The notes below the pieces were generated by a model. That model made no database searches. It saw only the letters and a program-made list of their open reading frames with translations, and was not told where the DNA came from. From Macrostomum lignano (lineage: Eukaryota), in the NCBI GenBank assembly GCA_002269645.1, contig NIVC01000657.1:143289-207288 (forward strand): a stretch of 64,000 bases of DNA, in the 5' to 3' direction. Numbering within the stretch: position 1 is the first letter of the stretch; every line of letters begins with the position of its first letter. The position numbers were made by a program, and so were the translations under genes. Shown piece after piece: positions 26,135 to 39,900 of this stretch.

Positions 26135-28527
26135 TTAATCCTGGTTGATCTTCTTAAACTCGGCCACCTGAGCCAGCACGTGAGCTAGTATAGCCTTGGC
26201 GTCTCGTTTATCTGCTGGCAGTTTGTTAGTAACGCCCAGAATCTCTCCGCACTGCCTAACATAGTATTCCAAGTCTTCGTCTGTGCACTTGTTAGTAATC
26301 TGAGCTAGGCGAACTTTCTCCGTGCTAAACTGTTCGTCTAGATCGAACAGTTCCAGTGCCGGGGCTGGCAACTCGCGAAAGCTGGGCGGAAACACGGCCG
26401 GTTGTAGAGGCGGTAGCGGTGTCTCAAATTGCGGCTGAATCAGCGACAATTGCTCGTGCTTGACGCGCAGCTTGTCGTAGGCAGCGATAGCCTTGGGCAC
26501 CAGGCTGGTGTCCATCACGTATAGAGACGAGTCGTACAGGCTCAACACATCTTTTGGTACATCGTCGCTCTCTTGTAGGCAGGCCTTGAGCTCTTCGGAC
26601 AGGGCTTCAATGTCCGGCGCGTGCTGATAGTCGGCCACTTCCGGCTCTTCAGCATCGATGGCGTTCAGTTGCAAACTGTCCGAGGACAGGTACTGAAGTA
26701 GCACTTCCAGCAGCTGGGACAGGGGCGGGTTGGATGGAAGTTTAGTGTTCGAGTTTAGGTATTGGAGTTTAGTGTCCGAGTTTAGGTATTGGAGTTTAGT
26801 GTCCGAGTTTAGGTATTGGAGTTTAGTGTCCGAGTTTAGGTATTGGAGTTTAGTGTCCGAGTTTAGGTATTGGAGTTTAGTGTCCGAGTTTAGGTATTGG
26901 AGTTTAGTGTCCGAGTTTGGGTATTGGAGTTTAGTGTCCGAGTTTAGATATTGGAGTTTAGTGTCCGAGTTTGGGTATTGGAGTTTAGTGTCCGAGTTTG
27001 GGTATTGGATTTTTGTGTCCGAGTTTAGGTATTGGATTTTAGGGTCCGAGTTTGGTATTGGACTTTAGTTTCCGAGTTTAGGGGTTTGATTTTAGGTATC
27101 TGATGTTAGCTAATAAAGTTAGAGTATGTCCGAATTTTTGTGTACGAGTACCAGTTTAGTGTCCGAGTCTAGGTGCTGGATTTTTGTGTCCGAATTTGAA
27201 CTGAGTTTTCAAGGTGTCCAACACCAAGGGTGTTTAAGTTTGGATGTCCAATGGATGTCAAATTTTAATATAGGAATTTATGCGTTAAAGATGTGTGTCT
27301 TAGACGGAGTCTACAAGATGTAGTGTGTCCAAGGTTTAGATCGAGTATCCGAGATTGATACTAGTGCCCGAGATTAATATTAGTTTCCAAGATCAATTAT
27401 TAGTGTCCGAGATTAATATTAGTGTCTGAGATCAATATTAGTTTCTGAGATTATTATTAGTGTCTGAGATTAATATTAGTTTCTGAGATTATTATTAGTG
27501 TCCGATTTTAATAATAGTGTCCGAGATCAATATTAGTGTCCGAGATTGATATTAGTGTCCAAGATAAATATTTCTGTCCGAAAACAATATTAGTGACCGA
27601 GATCAATATTAGTGTCCGAGATCAATATTAGTGTCCGAGATCAATATTAGTGTCCGAGATCAATACTAGAGTCCGATCACAAACTGTTAATTCACTTACC
27701 TTGAAATTGTCCTCCTTGTCGATATACTCGTCCGAGAAGGCGGCGGCAGCGCCGAACACGGCCACTTTGCCGCCCCCGCCGCTGCCAGCAGCGCGGCTAC
27801 TAGACGCGGGAGCAGCAGAAGCAGCAGCGGCAGCAGCATTGGCAAAGGCGCAGACAGGCCTATTAAGCGGAAACGCTACGCTCCCAGTGCTGAGAACAGC
27901 CACGGCCGGCTTAGCGACATTAAGCGTGGCGCCGTACGGATAGACAAAGTGCAGCGAAGATTTGTGCACCGACGATGAGTCACCGTTGCCGCCGATACCG
28001 GCAATCATCGGCGGGAGAGCTTTGCCAGCGGCCTCGCTAATCGCCCTATTCAGCACACCGTTGGGCACGTAGCATTCCTTGGGGTGAAAGTACTTATAGT
28101 AGGCTGTGCGAACAACGCAATCGCTATTTACTGAGATGCCCAACTCTTCTAGAAAGAAATTCACGTTAGTATCGAATCGCGACTCGCCGCCTTCGCCCAT
28201 GAGCACCAGGATGCTGCCGCCCTTGGCCAAGTAGGCCTTCATCGCGTCGAACTCGGACACAGAGAACTTCTCATTAGGCAAAGCGACTAGAAATATTCTA
28301 GCCTCGGACAGTCGCGACTCGGTCACTTCGTCTTTTAGGCTGACAATTTTCCAGCTGGATTTCAATTTCCTAGTCAAAGTTTTGAAACCATAGTTGGGAC
28401 CGAAAGCATCGTGTTTGGAGGCGTTAATTAGCAGGACATTGCTGCCGGCGATTCCAGCTGAAGCGTCTGGATGGTCGCGGCCTCCGTTCATCACCGCCGA
28501 TGGCTCCGTGGGCGCCGGGGCTGGCAT
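26135..28527 (-). CDS. IFT52: Intraflagellar transport protein 52, 468 aa
   Basis: Exons (minus) 27700-28527 and 26135-26713. Motifs YYKYFHPKE, FVYPYGATLNV, GSVAFPLNRP, LIQPQFETPLPPLQPAVFPPSFRELPAPALELFDLDEQFS and C-terminal EFKKINQD are characteristic. Confidence 0.96.
26735..27670. repeat. Two minisatellites in the IFT52 intron: 27-bp (26735-27080) and 19-bp (27360-27670)
   Basis: Units GTGTCCGAGTTTAGGTATTGGAGTTTA and GTGTCCGAGATCAATATTA. Confidence 0.93.
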
Positions 28528-28589
28528 GGCTGCGGCCAAATTGCAGTAACAGTGAATTGAGATTGACTTGTCTTGGACACCTTGGGTTT

Positions 28590-29370
28590 ATAGGGGAGTG
28601 AAACTGCCTTCAGACTGGTCATTCGGGGAGTGAAACTGCCTTCAGACTGGTCATTCGGGGAGTGAAACTGCCTTCAGACTGGTCATTCGGGGAGTGAAAC
28701 TGCCTTCAGACTGGTCATTCGGGGAGTGAAACTGCCTTCAGACTGGTCATTCGGGGAGTGAAACTACCTTCAGACTGGTCATTCGGGGAGTGAAACTGCC
28801 TTCAGATTGGTCATTCGGGGAGTGAAACTGCCTTCAGACTGGTCATTCGGGGAGTAAAACTGCCTTCAGACTGGTCATTCGGGGAGTGAAACTGCCTTCA
28901 GACTGGTCATTCGGGGAGTGAAACTACCTTCAGACTGGTCATTCGGGAGTGAAACTGCCTTCAGACTGGTCATTCGGGAGTGAAACTACCTTCAGACTGG
29001 TCATTCGGGGAGTGAAACTACCTTCAGACTGGTCATTCGGGGAGTGAAACTGCCTTCAGACTGGTCATTCGGGGAGTGAAACTACCATCAGACTGGTCAT
29101 TCGGGGAGTGAAACTGCCTTCAGACTGGTCATTCGGGGAGTGAAAATACCCTCTTCAGGTGTCTTTCAGAGTGGCCCTAGCTTCAGGTGTCCTTCAGAGA
29201 GTGGAGCCCTACCTTCAGAGAGTGGAGCCCTACCTTCAGAGAGTGAAGCCCTACCTTCAGAGAGTGGAGCCCTACATTCAGAGAGTGGAGCCCTACCTTC
29301 AGAGAGTGGAGCCCTACATTCAGAGAGTGGAGCCCTACATTCAGAGAGTGGAGCCCTACATTCAGATGTA
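28590..29370. repeat. 32-bp array (28590-29145) followed by 21-bp array (29195-29370)
   Basis: Units GGGGAGTGAAACTGCCTTCAGACTGGTCATTC and CAGAGAGTGGAGCCCTACMTT. Confidence 0.95.
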
Positions 29371-29749
29371 CTTTAGAGAGTGGGGCCTTACCTTCAGGTA
29401 TCCTTCAGAGAATGACCCTAAACCCAGGCTTCCTATAACGCATAAAATCAACAAAATACAAGCAAATCCAAACATAAAATAAAAGCTCAGTGCATGCTGA
29501 GAAAGTTTATACTTTTTTATGATCGGTTTAGATGAAAATTAAAATGCGAACAGTCAATATTTATAATTGACGGCATAATCTAGCACTCAAAATGATCATA
29601 TCATAAATGATCCGTTTAGCAAAATGAGTCAAAGCAAATTTATTATCTTGATGGAGCACTGAAAAATGATAATACCCCAGAAAATGAACGAGAAGCATTT
29701 TTCGATGAAATCGAAATTCTCCGATAGATATTTGGTAGCGATCTAAAAT

Positions 29750-30272
29750 ATCAAAGGGGGTCAGTTGACCTCCTTATGTCCTCACTCCACCCGCATTCTC
29801 TACATGATATTAGATTTAGGCCATCAAAGGGGGTCAGTTGACCTCCTTATGTCCTCACTCCACCCGCATTCTCTACATGATATTAGATTTAGGCCATCAA
29901 AGGGGGTCAGTTGACCTCCTTATGTCCTCACTCCACCCGCATTCTCTACATGATATTAGATTTAGGCCATCAAAGGGGGTCAGTTGACCTCCTTATGTCC
30001 TCACTCCACCCGCATTCTCTACATGATATTAGATTTAGGCCATCAAAGGGGGTCAGTTGACCTCCTTATGTCCTCACTCCACCCGCATTCTCTACATGAT
30101 ATTAGATTTAGGCCATCAAAGGGGGTCAGTTGACCTCCTTATGTCCTCACTCCACCCGCATTCTCTACAGATTTAGGCCATCAAAGGGGTCAGTTGACCT
30201 CCTTATGTCCTCACTCCACCCGCATTCTCTACATGATATTAGATTTAGGCCATCAAAGGGGGTCAGTTGACC
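29750..30272. repeat. 73-bp tandem repeat, about 7 copies
   Basis: Unit starts AAAGGGGGTCAGTTGACCTCC at 29753, 29826 and onward. Confidence 0.95.
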
Positions 30273-30369
30273 ACCCAAGAATCCCCCATACAAAAAATCT
30301 TCACTAAAATGCGCAAAGAAGCGCAAAAGAACAGCAAAAATGAATATCTATATTGTTAACCGCTAAGCT

Positions 30370-31462
30370 TTATCGAGGCGGCCGTTTGTCGAACAGGTTA
30401 ATGAATGACAGGTATTTAGTTCGGTGCTCCGCCTTAGCCGGCACAATGTGACCAGCCGGGTGACCGAAGAACGACAATTGGCCAAACGTTGGCAGCAGGG
30501 CTTCCGTCATCTCCCTGGGTATCACCTGATTAAATATAAGGGGCAACACAAAACAAAATTGTAACAATTATACTATCTGTTGAACTGATTGAGCATTTTA
30601 TAGCATTTTAGCACTATCAACCTCTTCTACTGGTAAGCTTGTACAGTGTATGTTCCTTGTCTCTTCCCTCCCGCTTCCCATTCTCTTCCCTCCCGCTTCC
30701 CTGTCTCTTCCCTTCGGCTTCCCTGCCTCTTCCCTCCCGCTTCCCTGTCTCTTCCCTCCCGCTTCCCTGTCTCTTTCCTCCCGCTTCCCAGTCTCTTCCC
30801 TCCCGCTTCCCTGTCTTTTCCCTCCCGCTTCCCTGTCTCTTCCTCGTGCTTCCCAGTTTTATTCTATTAATAGAATATTCTATTTTTCTGGCGGTTCGCA
30901 ACCAACTCACCTTGTCAACCTCCCCGCTAACGACCATACAGGGCGTATCGACTCTTTTATCGTAATACTTATTGTGCCCGCTGCAGGGACTTTTGAATGG
31001 CGCGAACAGGATAGCAAATTTCGGCAGAAGCGCCGGCTCCTCGTTCTCTAAGTGTCGCAGTACAATATAGGCCATAGCGGCGCCCTGGCTGAAGCCCATC
31101 AGGCCGTCGTAGGCGTGCTTCCTCAACTGGGCCACAACCAGCTTCAAAGACTCTTCCAATCCGTGCTCCCAGTCACTTTGCTCTGAGGCATTGAATCCGC
31201 CAGTAGGTTTGGAGAACCACCAGGCCCGCTCGGTGCCAGCGGAGCCGCCAGTCAGGCACAACAGGCCGCTATTGTTGCTGACGCCGCTCAAATCGACATC
31301 GGCAGCCGACGGCGAATCAACCAAATGCGGCGCGTCGATAAAATCGTAGCGAATAGTTCGAAAAGTATTCGTAGTCTTCTTAACTAGTTTGCGGAATGCG
31401 CCAGTCTTTTGGCGAAACGAACTGCCAGTCTGACGATAGCCGTGCAGGCACAGTATTCTCAT
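30370..31462 (-). CDS. OVCA2: OVCA2/FSH1-family serine hydrolase (235 aa from the ATG; open frame extends 47 codons upstream to 31603)
   Basis: Exons (minus) 30911-31462 and 30370-30525. MRILCLHGYRQ, FIDAPH, RAWWFS, nucleophile GFSQG, GEVD and HPAGHIVP give an intact Ser-Asp-His triad. Confidence 0.9.
30645..30855. repeat. ~22-bp pyrimidine-rich minisatellite (CTTCCCTCCCGCTTCCCTGTCT)
   Basis: Visible units in the OVCA2 intron. Confidence 0.9.
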
Positions 31463-31709
31463 GCTGTCGTCCTCCTCTTCTTCCTCTTTCTCTAATTCCG
31501 CTTGTTTGGTGTCTTTTGCTGCAACTTCTGCAACAAGCGTGTCGCCACCTGCTGCTGCTGGCACCGCTGCTACAGAATCCAATGCGGAGTTGATTGGGTC
31601 GGACTGGAAAAGGCAATGTTGGCGTGGCAATTGCGGTAACATGAGCAGGGCGGATAAGCAGTGGATAATCACTGGCTTAGCTGAAGGGAAGTTGCGAAGA
31701 GACGAGAGA

Positions 31710-32170
31710 AAATGAACAGGTGAGAGAGGGAGAGGGACAGATGAGAGAGGGAGAGACAGGTGAAAGGGAGAGGGACAGGTGAGAGGGAGGAGGGAAAGGT
31801 GAGATAGGGAGGAGAGACAGGTGAGAGGGAGAGGGACAGGTGAGAGGGAGGAGGGACAGGTGAGATAGGGAGGAGAGACAGGTGAGAGGGAGAGGGACAG
31901 GTGAGAGGGAGGAGGGACAGGTGAGATAGGGAGGAGAGACAGTTGAGAGGGAGAGGGACAGGTGAGATAGGGAGGAGAGACAGGTGAGAGGGAGAGGGAC
32001 AGGTGAGATAGGGAGGAGAGACAGTTGAGAGGGAGAGGGACAGGTGAGAGGGAGAGGGACAGGTGAGATAGGGAGGAGGGACAGGTGAGATAGGGAGGAG
32101 GGACAGGTGAGATAGGGAGGAGAGACAGGTGAGAGGGAGAGGGACAAGTGAGATAGGGAGGAAGACAGAA
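31710..32170. repeat. Purine-rich minisatellite (GGGAGAGGGACAGGTGAGA / TAGGGAGGAGAGACAGGTGAGA)
   Basis: Visible units. Confidence 0.9.
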
Positions 32171-32569
32171 CGAATAGGAAATATGATAGTGACATATAAG
32201 TAGGATAAGAAGAAAGCAGAAATCCTGATAAAAAATCAATTTTTTTGAAAGCCAAGTCAGCGAATGAAACACAGATAATGATCTGAAAAATGAGTTTTTG
32301 CGAATGTTGAAAAAATAACAAAAATTGGCTTATTCAGTTTAGCTAGTGCAAAAAAACCAGAACGTCATTACCTAATCTTTATAAACACATTGTTGGAAAA
32401 TAATGACCTAAGCTTAATTTTAAGCAGTCGTCTAAAGCCCTTAGCTTACAAAAATGGACCAAAAATGGGTGGAAAACTGTGTAACAGTTCTTAATTAAAC
32501 CTGTTTTGCCTAACCTACTGCTTGATTTTAAATTAACCGATAGCACACTCTGCTCACTGAATGCATAAA

Positions 32570-33305
<736 letters not shown>

Positions 33306-34667
33306 TATATGTGTAGATGTAAGCAATAAATAAAAATAGCTCCGGGAAAATCCATTTATCCAAACATTATCCTGGAACCACTACGAGAAACTAATTGACA
33401 AGTCAATCGCAACTTTACTATAGATCAATTATAGTGTTTAATAATCTAGGCATTAGGATAATGGCTTTCATATTGACACGAGCAGTCAATCACTCTGGGA
33501 AGGAGAAACGCGGCAAATGCGCAAGATAAATGCGAGGAGCGGAATTGGGAAGAATATCCTTTAGATTGACGAAGGAAGAAGTCATTGGGAGTATGGATAT
33601 TTATGTCAACACCAGAAATGTAATAAGTTCTAAAAGCGTTCAAGTCGCTCACTACCCACCACATACTATAGCTATAGTTTAAAGCGATCTTAAGTCCTAA
33701 TAATCAACTAACGATATGTAGCGAAAAAATCTTTAAAGACTTGGAATCAAATTTAAAATTGACATAGCAAAAACTGTCCTAACGAAAAGTAAATTATTAA
33801 TTTTCATAATTTTCAGTACAGTTATACTACGTTGCGTTAATCCTTACCAACCTAAAGTCAAATTTGTTCTAGATTTGTTCAAACTACATATGCATAGATG
33901 CACGAAACGAGAAATTTCTATGCAAAGTTGGCAAAGCAATCTGAAGAAAATTTTTAGAACATATCAGACTGCACCTGCCGGAAACTACCAATAGTTTTTA
34001 AAAAAAGATTAAAATGAGGTATCATATAGACTATGAGCTTTCGCTCTAAGCATTTGAGAAACCTCCCAATGAACTAGTCTGTATTTAAGCAGTTCCCCCT
34101 TCCCATGAGCCTTGGTATCTCAGCACTTCCCCATCCCACAGCTGCGATGCAAATGACTTGACCGCAATTTATAAACACAAGCCTATATTTAGACTGAGTG
34201 CAATATAATTTGATCATTCAACTGGGCCATGCTTGTTAATTGAGCCCAGGCGCTTATCTACACATTAAAATTTAACACGTGGCTTGGTAAAAAATGAATG
34301 ATAGAAAAAATCGTTTCACGAGTTTATGCGAGTGCACAACAGTGTCCCAACGTGCCTAAAGTGATTCAAACACTCCTTAATTTATTCACCTCTCATTAGC
34401 TACTCCGATGTACATATGCAATTGCACGTTCAAGTGATGCCTTAATTAATAGTAGAGCCAGCTACAAAGTGAAGTTGATTGACAAAAAGGCACGGTGCAA
34501 AGACTCATGTGCCTCTCTATATTGCTCAAATACTACCAACCAATGAGAATACTTCTGAGCGAGTTGCCAATAGAAACGCCTCGATTCCACCAACATATAC
34601 TTACTATGAGACAGTTATTATCGCATAAAACCAAACCAGGAAGCATCGCTCTGCACTTAGCTGCATA

Positions 34668-36940
34668 GTGAAATTAAGGTTTTTTTTAATACACGCCTTG
34701 TACAAACTGGATTCAATTACGATAGACAACGTTACTTATCAGTTTCCAGATAGACCTACCGAATTACTAGAACAATGCACTTCGCAGCATGGTAATAATG
34801 AATCTGCTGAACAACGCAACCTGCTATGCACCACGGCTACTCTGCTTGGCGCCTTGTACGCTTATCCGTTTCCAGCGGTGTTAGCTATCGGCGTCATTGG
34901 CAACATACTGACTATAGTTGTACTCGGCTTCAAAAGCATCCAAGTGAGTAGGCACAGCGTCTACCTATGCGGTGTAGCATTTGCTGACACGCTTCACCTG
35001 CTATTCGTCGGATTAGGATGGCTATTCTTAGCCAAAGGCTTGCCGTGGGCAACGGGGGGCAGCAGCTACGTTTATTTGATGAACTTCGGAGTTTGGCCGT
35101 GTCGTATGTACAGATTCTTGGCCGGTCTGGCCAGCATACACGCCTATAATTCGTTTTTACTCGTGGCAGCCGATCGATGCCTAGCTGTGTACTTTCCATT
35201 CAAATTTATTAACGTTAGCAGCAATACGGCAATTAGACTGAGTCTGGCTACTCTGCTTGTCAGTCTGCTTAGCGCTCTACCGTTTGTTGTTATGATGGGA
35301 TATGTCACCGTGCCGGAGCAGAAACTCGTCTTCTGCTGGCTCACCGTCAATAGCGGCGCTTTTCAACTATACGACGCTCTCTATGTCAAAGGTTAGTTAA
35401 TTGAAAACCCTTTTCCTGTTTCTTACCTATACTCAGCAACATTGAAAATTCGCCACTCCATGCGCCAGTGAGCAATTTCTCTTGGACTATTCTGAAATAA
35501 AATATCTGAGAAAACTGATCGGGGTAGCTTTAATCTGTCCAACCCTCGCACACCGCTGCCCCCAATTCATTCCTCAACTCAAGTCTGCCGCGAAGTATAG
35601 TAGCTGAGTTGAGTCACTCGCAAAGAGTGAGAGATTTCATCTGCACTCACAAGTGGCGACCACAGATGGAATCTTCTGTGATGGCGACTTTTCGATGTTG
35701 CTGGGTGTATTAAAAGTGGCTCTGATGGTAGCCCAGCAACTGACACTCTGGGAGGCTGGCCCAGCTATTGACACTCTGGGAGGCTAGCCCAGCAACTGAG
35801 GATCTGGGAGTCTGGCCCAGCAACTGACACTCTGGAAGGCTGGTCCAGCAACTGACACTCCGGGCTGGCCCAGCAACTGGGGATCTGAGAGGCTGGCCCA
35901 GCAACTGAGGATCTGGGAGGCTGGCCCAGCAACTGAGGATCTGGGAGGCTGGCCCAGCAACTGACACTCTGGAAGGCTGGCCCAGCAACTGAGGATCTGA
36001 GAGGCTGGCCCAGCAACTGACACTCTGGAAGGCTGGCCCAGCAACTGAGGATCTGGGAGGCTAGCCCAGCAACTGAGGATCTGGGAGGCTGGCCCAGCAA
36101 CTGACACTCTGGAAGGCTGGTCCAGCAACTGACACTCCGGGAGGCTGGCCCAGCAACTGGGGATCTGAGAGGCTGGCCCAGCAACTGAGGATCTGGGAGG
36201 CTGGCCCAGCAACTGAGGATCTGGGAGGCTGGCCCAGCAACTGACACTCTGGAAGGCTGGTCCAGCTACTGACACTCCGGGAGGCTGGCCCAGCAACTGA
36301 GGATCTGGAGATGTTGGAAGATAAGCCTGAGGATTAACAGGAGAAGCATCTCTAGGATTAGGGGAAGCAATTAAAAAATAAGAGATTTGGGCAGAAGAGA
36401 ACAAAAGTAGAGTTAATCAGGAAATGAGTTTTGTAAATAATCAGCGATATTTAGTGCTGAAGAAAAAGCAAAGTTAATTAATAAGTTTTTCCGCAACAAA
36501 TTGTTTCCAATCAAAAACATATTCCAGGCATCGCCCAGATGCTGCTGATATTCCTCATCAACCTGGCTCTGCTAATCAAAATGGCGCAGGTAACCCGCCA
36601 GCACAATCGCCTAGTAAATGGCGGAGCTAATCAGAGCAACATAATGCCGAAACAACTGGAGACGGAAGAAATGAAAGCCACAATAATGATAGTACTGCTA
36701 TCTGTGTTAGTTTTAATCTGTGCAGTACCAGCTGCCAGCCTGGGCCTAATCAACTACATCACTGTGTACATCAGCCACAATGCAAGCAATGGCCAGCTGC
36801 AGTTAATGTGGAACTGGCTAGATATCAGCTTATTCCTTGTGTTTCTAGAGCAAAGCACCAAGTGGATTGTCTATCTGGCGCAGAGCAGGACATTCCGACG
36901 AAAGATGATGATTTACCTGCGGTACAGGAGGCGCAGTTAA
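34668..36940 (+). CDS. Rhodopsin-like (class A) 7TM GPCR, orphan peptide-receptor-like; 5' end unresolved
   Basis: Exons about 34.7 kb-35391 and 36528-36940 (phase 1). TM1 GVIGNILTIVVL, TM2 YLCGVAFADTLHL, ECL1 WPCR, TM3 VAADRCLAVYFP, ECL2 FCW, TM6 LICAVP, helix 8 SRTFRRKM. Confidence 0.85.
35720..36308. repeat. 28-bp minisatellite (GGCTGGCCCAGCAACTGAGGATCTGGGA / ...GACACTCTGGAA)
   Basis: Visible units in the GPCR intron. Confidence 0.95.
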
Positions 36941-39900
36941 GGCCTAAGCTGGATCCTCAGCAGTCTGCCTGCATCACATAACGGCTGCTTCTGTTTTAAT
37001 TGTTATAAAAATATTCAACTTTTATCTCAAACTTTGTAGAGTAAGCTTAAATATCCCTGGCAAAGTACGAGTCATTTTAGCATTGAAAAAACTATACTCG
37101 TTCAAATGTGCAAAAAAGCCTACTATGAGTAATAAAATCGAAAAGAATAAAAGTAGAAATGCAATAATAAAATAGCACCTATCAACTAAGCTGCAAAAAT
37201 GAAACTCGCTTTCTTTTGAATGTATTACTTTTCATTATAAAAACAAAAAAAACAATTCTAGTTTTTATATTTCTAGGTTAATTTAAGCTGTTATCAAATA
37301 AGCAATCAATTAAAAAAGTCACCAAAATCAATTAAAAGTTTGCTATCAAGCATTTACATGTTTATAACTAATACATTATCATAATATTTCAAAGCCAATT
37401 AGTCTAGACGAATTGGGATATATTCTGGGAAATTATTCATAAAAAATAATTTATAGATAAAAATTTAATAGTGAGTAAATACATAAAAATTTATGCACAA
37501 CTTTCTATCTAATTATTGCTGAGATATCAAGGATTACTAGGGAAAATTGCTAAGATACCAAGGTGGAGAGGTCAAAAACTATACATTGTTTAATTAGAAA
37601 ATTACTCCATTCTTTGAATGATTTTAATTAAATAATATGATTTATTTAACTGAAAAAGGAATGCTTTTAAAGAAATATGCTTACATTTTAAAGGATTCTC
37701 AAATAATCTTTATCCATTGCTTTTGTGTATCCCATAGGGCTAGTCTCTCTATGGCTAGTCTTTACCCTAAAACCAATGGTCATCAAGTGGCAGCCTTAAT
37801 CCAAATCTAGCCATAACTCTTCACTCTCCCCTTACCAATACCAACCTAAACTAAGGTCCTTATGATACAAATTGCATCTCCCTTAGTTATGGTAAGAACT
37901 GTGGGGATGATAAGAATTAGACTGATTTGGGGCTAAAATCTAAGAAAAGTTTATTATTGGCTTTGAGGTAGACATTTAAACATCTTTTATTAAATGTAAA
38001 AGTACACTACAAGCAAAATTTGATACCAGGAACATGACTACACAGAATTATAAAAACATTTTTAAGCAGTAGAAATATACTTTTATTCAATTTGAATCTG
38101 ATGATTTCTCCCAATAGGGGATATTAAATATGTTTAAGCATATAAGCATACTAATTGATTTAATCATCCACATTGAACACTATTCATTTCTATATCCCAC
38201 ATGTCTAAATTTAATGTCATATGAAAAACCAAGGTACTAGCTAGTATCAATAAAAAATTGAAACTTAGATACTTATATAATAGGCCTCATTTTTAGTAGA
38301 CTAACTTTCTTAGAAATTAAAAAAATTCAAAACTCTATTATTTGTTATACTATACTACTTGCTTACTTAGATTACTAATTAGATAGAGGCATTTTTGTAA
38401 CTTTAAATTGTCATAGTTATTCTCACCATTAACCTTACCTTTACTTTTTGCTTACATTCGGAAACATTTAGATATTTGGATTATTTGATTCAGCATTTTT
38501 AGTACATTTAGATTTGGTTTTGGAAACTCACAAAAATCCACATTTGGTACATCACTAGCCAAAACTTAGCAGATTAAGTTAACTCAAAATGATAGGGCCT
38601 AAATACTTTAAATGAAATCTCAAGATATATGTCAAATAAATGTCCAACATACTATGCATTCTTACAATTTGGTCTTGATATGAATCCATAATCCATTGTT
38701 CTTCTGATGACATTGATGTTTTATGTGTGCAAAGATTAGTCTAAGGTTTAATTTTAGGGTTGACAAAATATAAATAATACTTAATAGTATGCTATTTAAT
38801 ATTAATACTTACTCAGCTAGTTGTATAAAAGATGCAACCTATTGGTGGAATTGGTAAAGAAAGATAATTTATTATAACAATGATAGAGTGCCTAATAATC
38901 AAAATAAAAAATCTATCATAACAAATGCATTTAGCCTAAGGCTAGGCCTAAGCTAAGCCAAGGGGTAGGTTTTGAGGGAGAGGCTAGGTATAGCCAATGG
39001 CAATGCAATATCTCTTGTTAGGAGGGGGGGCAGTAGTTAGGTAGTCATCCCCTTCTTATAAAATGAATGTACAACACAAAATTTCCTATAGAAATGCATT
39101 TTTAATCATTGGTGCAAGTTGTATAACAGGGGAAGACTATTTGCCCTCCCTTCCTAGGGTCTTTTTGAGGGCCATGGGGATGGTGGGGTAGTCACCCCCT
39201 TGAGGCAGTGACCTGTGGTCACCCAGGGCCAGGGGCAGCTGCCCTTCTTTTTGCCTTCCTTTTTTATGCTACCACTAGGGGTCACCATGGTAAGCCACCT
39301 TTTTCCAAAATAGCTTGATAGAACATATTGTTCCCCCAAAAACAAACCTAAGTTTGTGCCTTTAAGAGCCTTGATTTTTTGCCTTCTATATATTTTTATA
39401 CTTTTAAGCTTGATTTTTTGTTCCTTATATGCATTTCTTAACATTTCTTAGCTTAAAAATTAGTGCCCCTCATACTCATATTGGTTCCTAAAACTTTGAT
39501 CCCCCAAAATGAAAGTCTAGATCTGTTATGGGCTAAGGCTAAGCTTAACTAAGGATTAAAGAACTATTAACTAGAATATTTAAAAGTTAAAAAAGTATTA
39601 GGTGGCTTTTAGGCCCTAATTGAAATAAAATTAAAAAGCTCAATATTTGTCATTGGTGCATATATAGATAGGATTTTTAGATAGATCAAGGATAAATAAC
39701 TTCATTTCCCCTGCCTTAGGGGATGGTTACTAAGTATACCTAACAGCACTAATAGCCCAAAATGGTCAAATGAAAAATGAAATTGCAGACTTAAGGTCAA
39801 GGACTTATTAAAAATGTACTTTTGAAAAATATTATATATTTCTAGGCCTTTGTCATATCGTCTATTCTTCTCTTGGTACACAAAACTCAGAGATTTTTGC

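Noticed and set aside
2950-30272. 27-36-bp and 73-bp periodic arrays as CRISPR arrays
   Set aside because: Units are contiguous with no unique spacers; eukaryotic intronic context; no cas genes.
31604-32321. Long N-terminal part of the 551-aa and 214-aa ORFs
   Set aside because: Read-through of the purine-rich array upstream of the OVCA2 acceptor.
33446-33664. Possible upstream exon fusing another gene (e.g. DPH1, the vertebrate neighbour) to OVCA2
   Set aside because: No DPH1 motifs and no good donor site recognisable.
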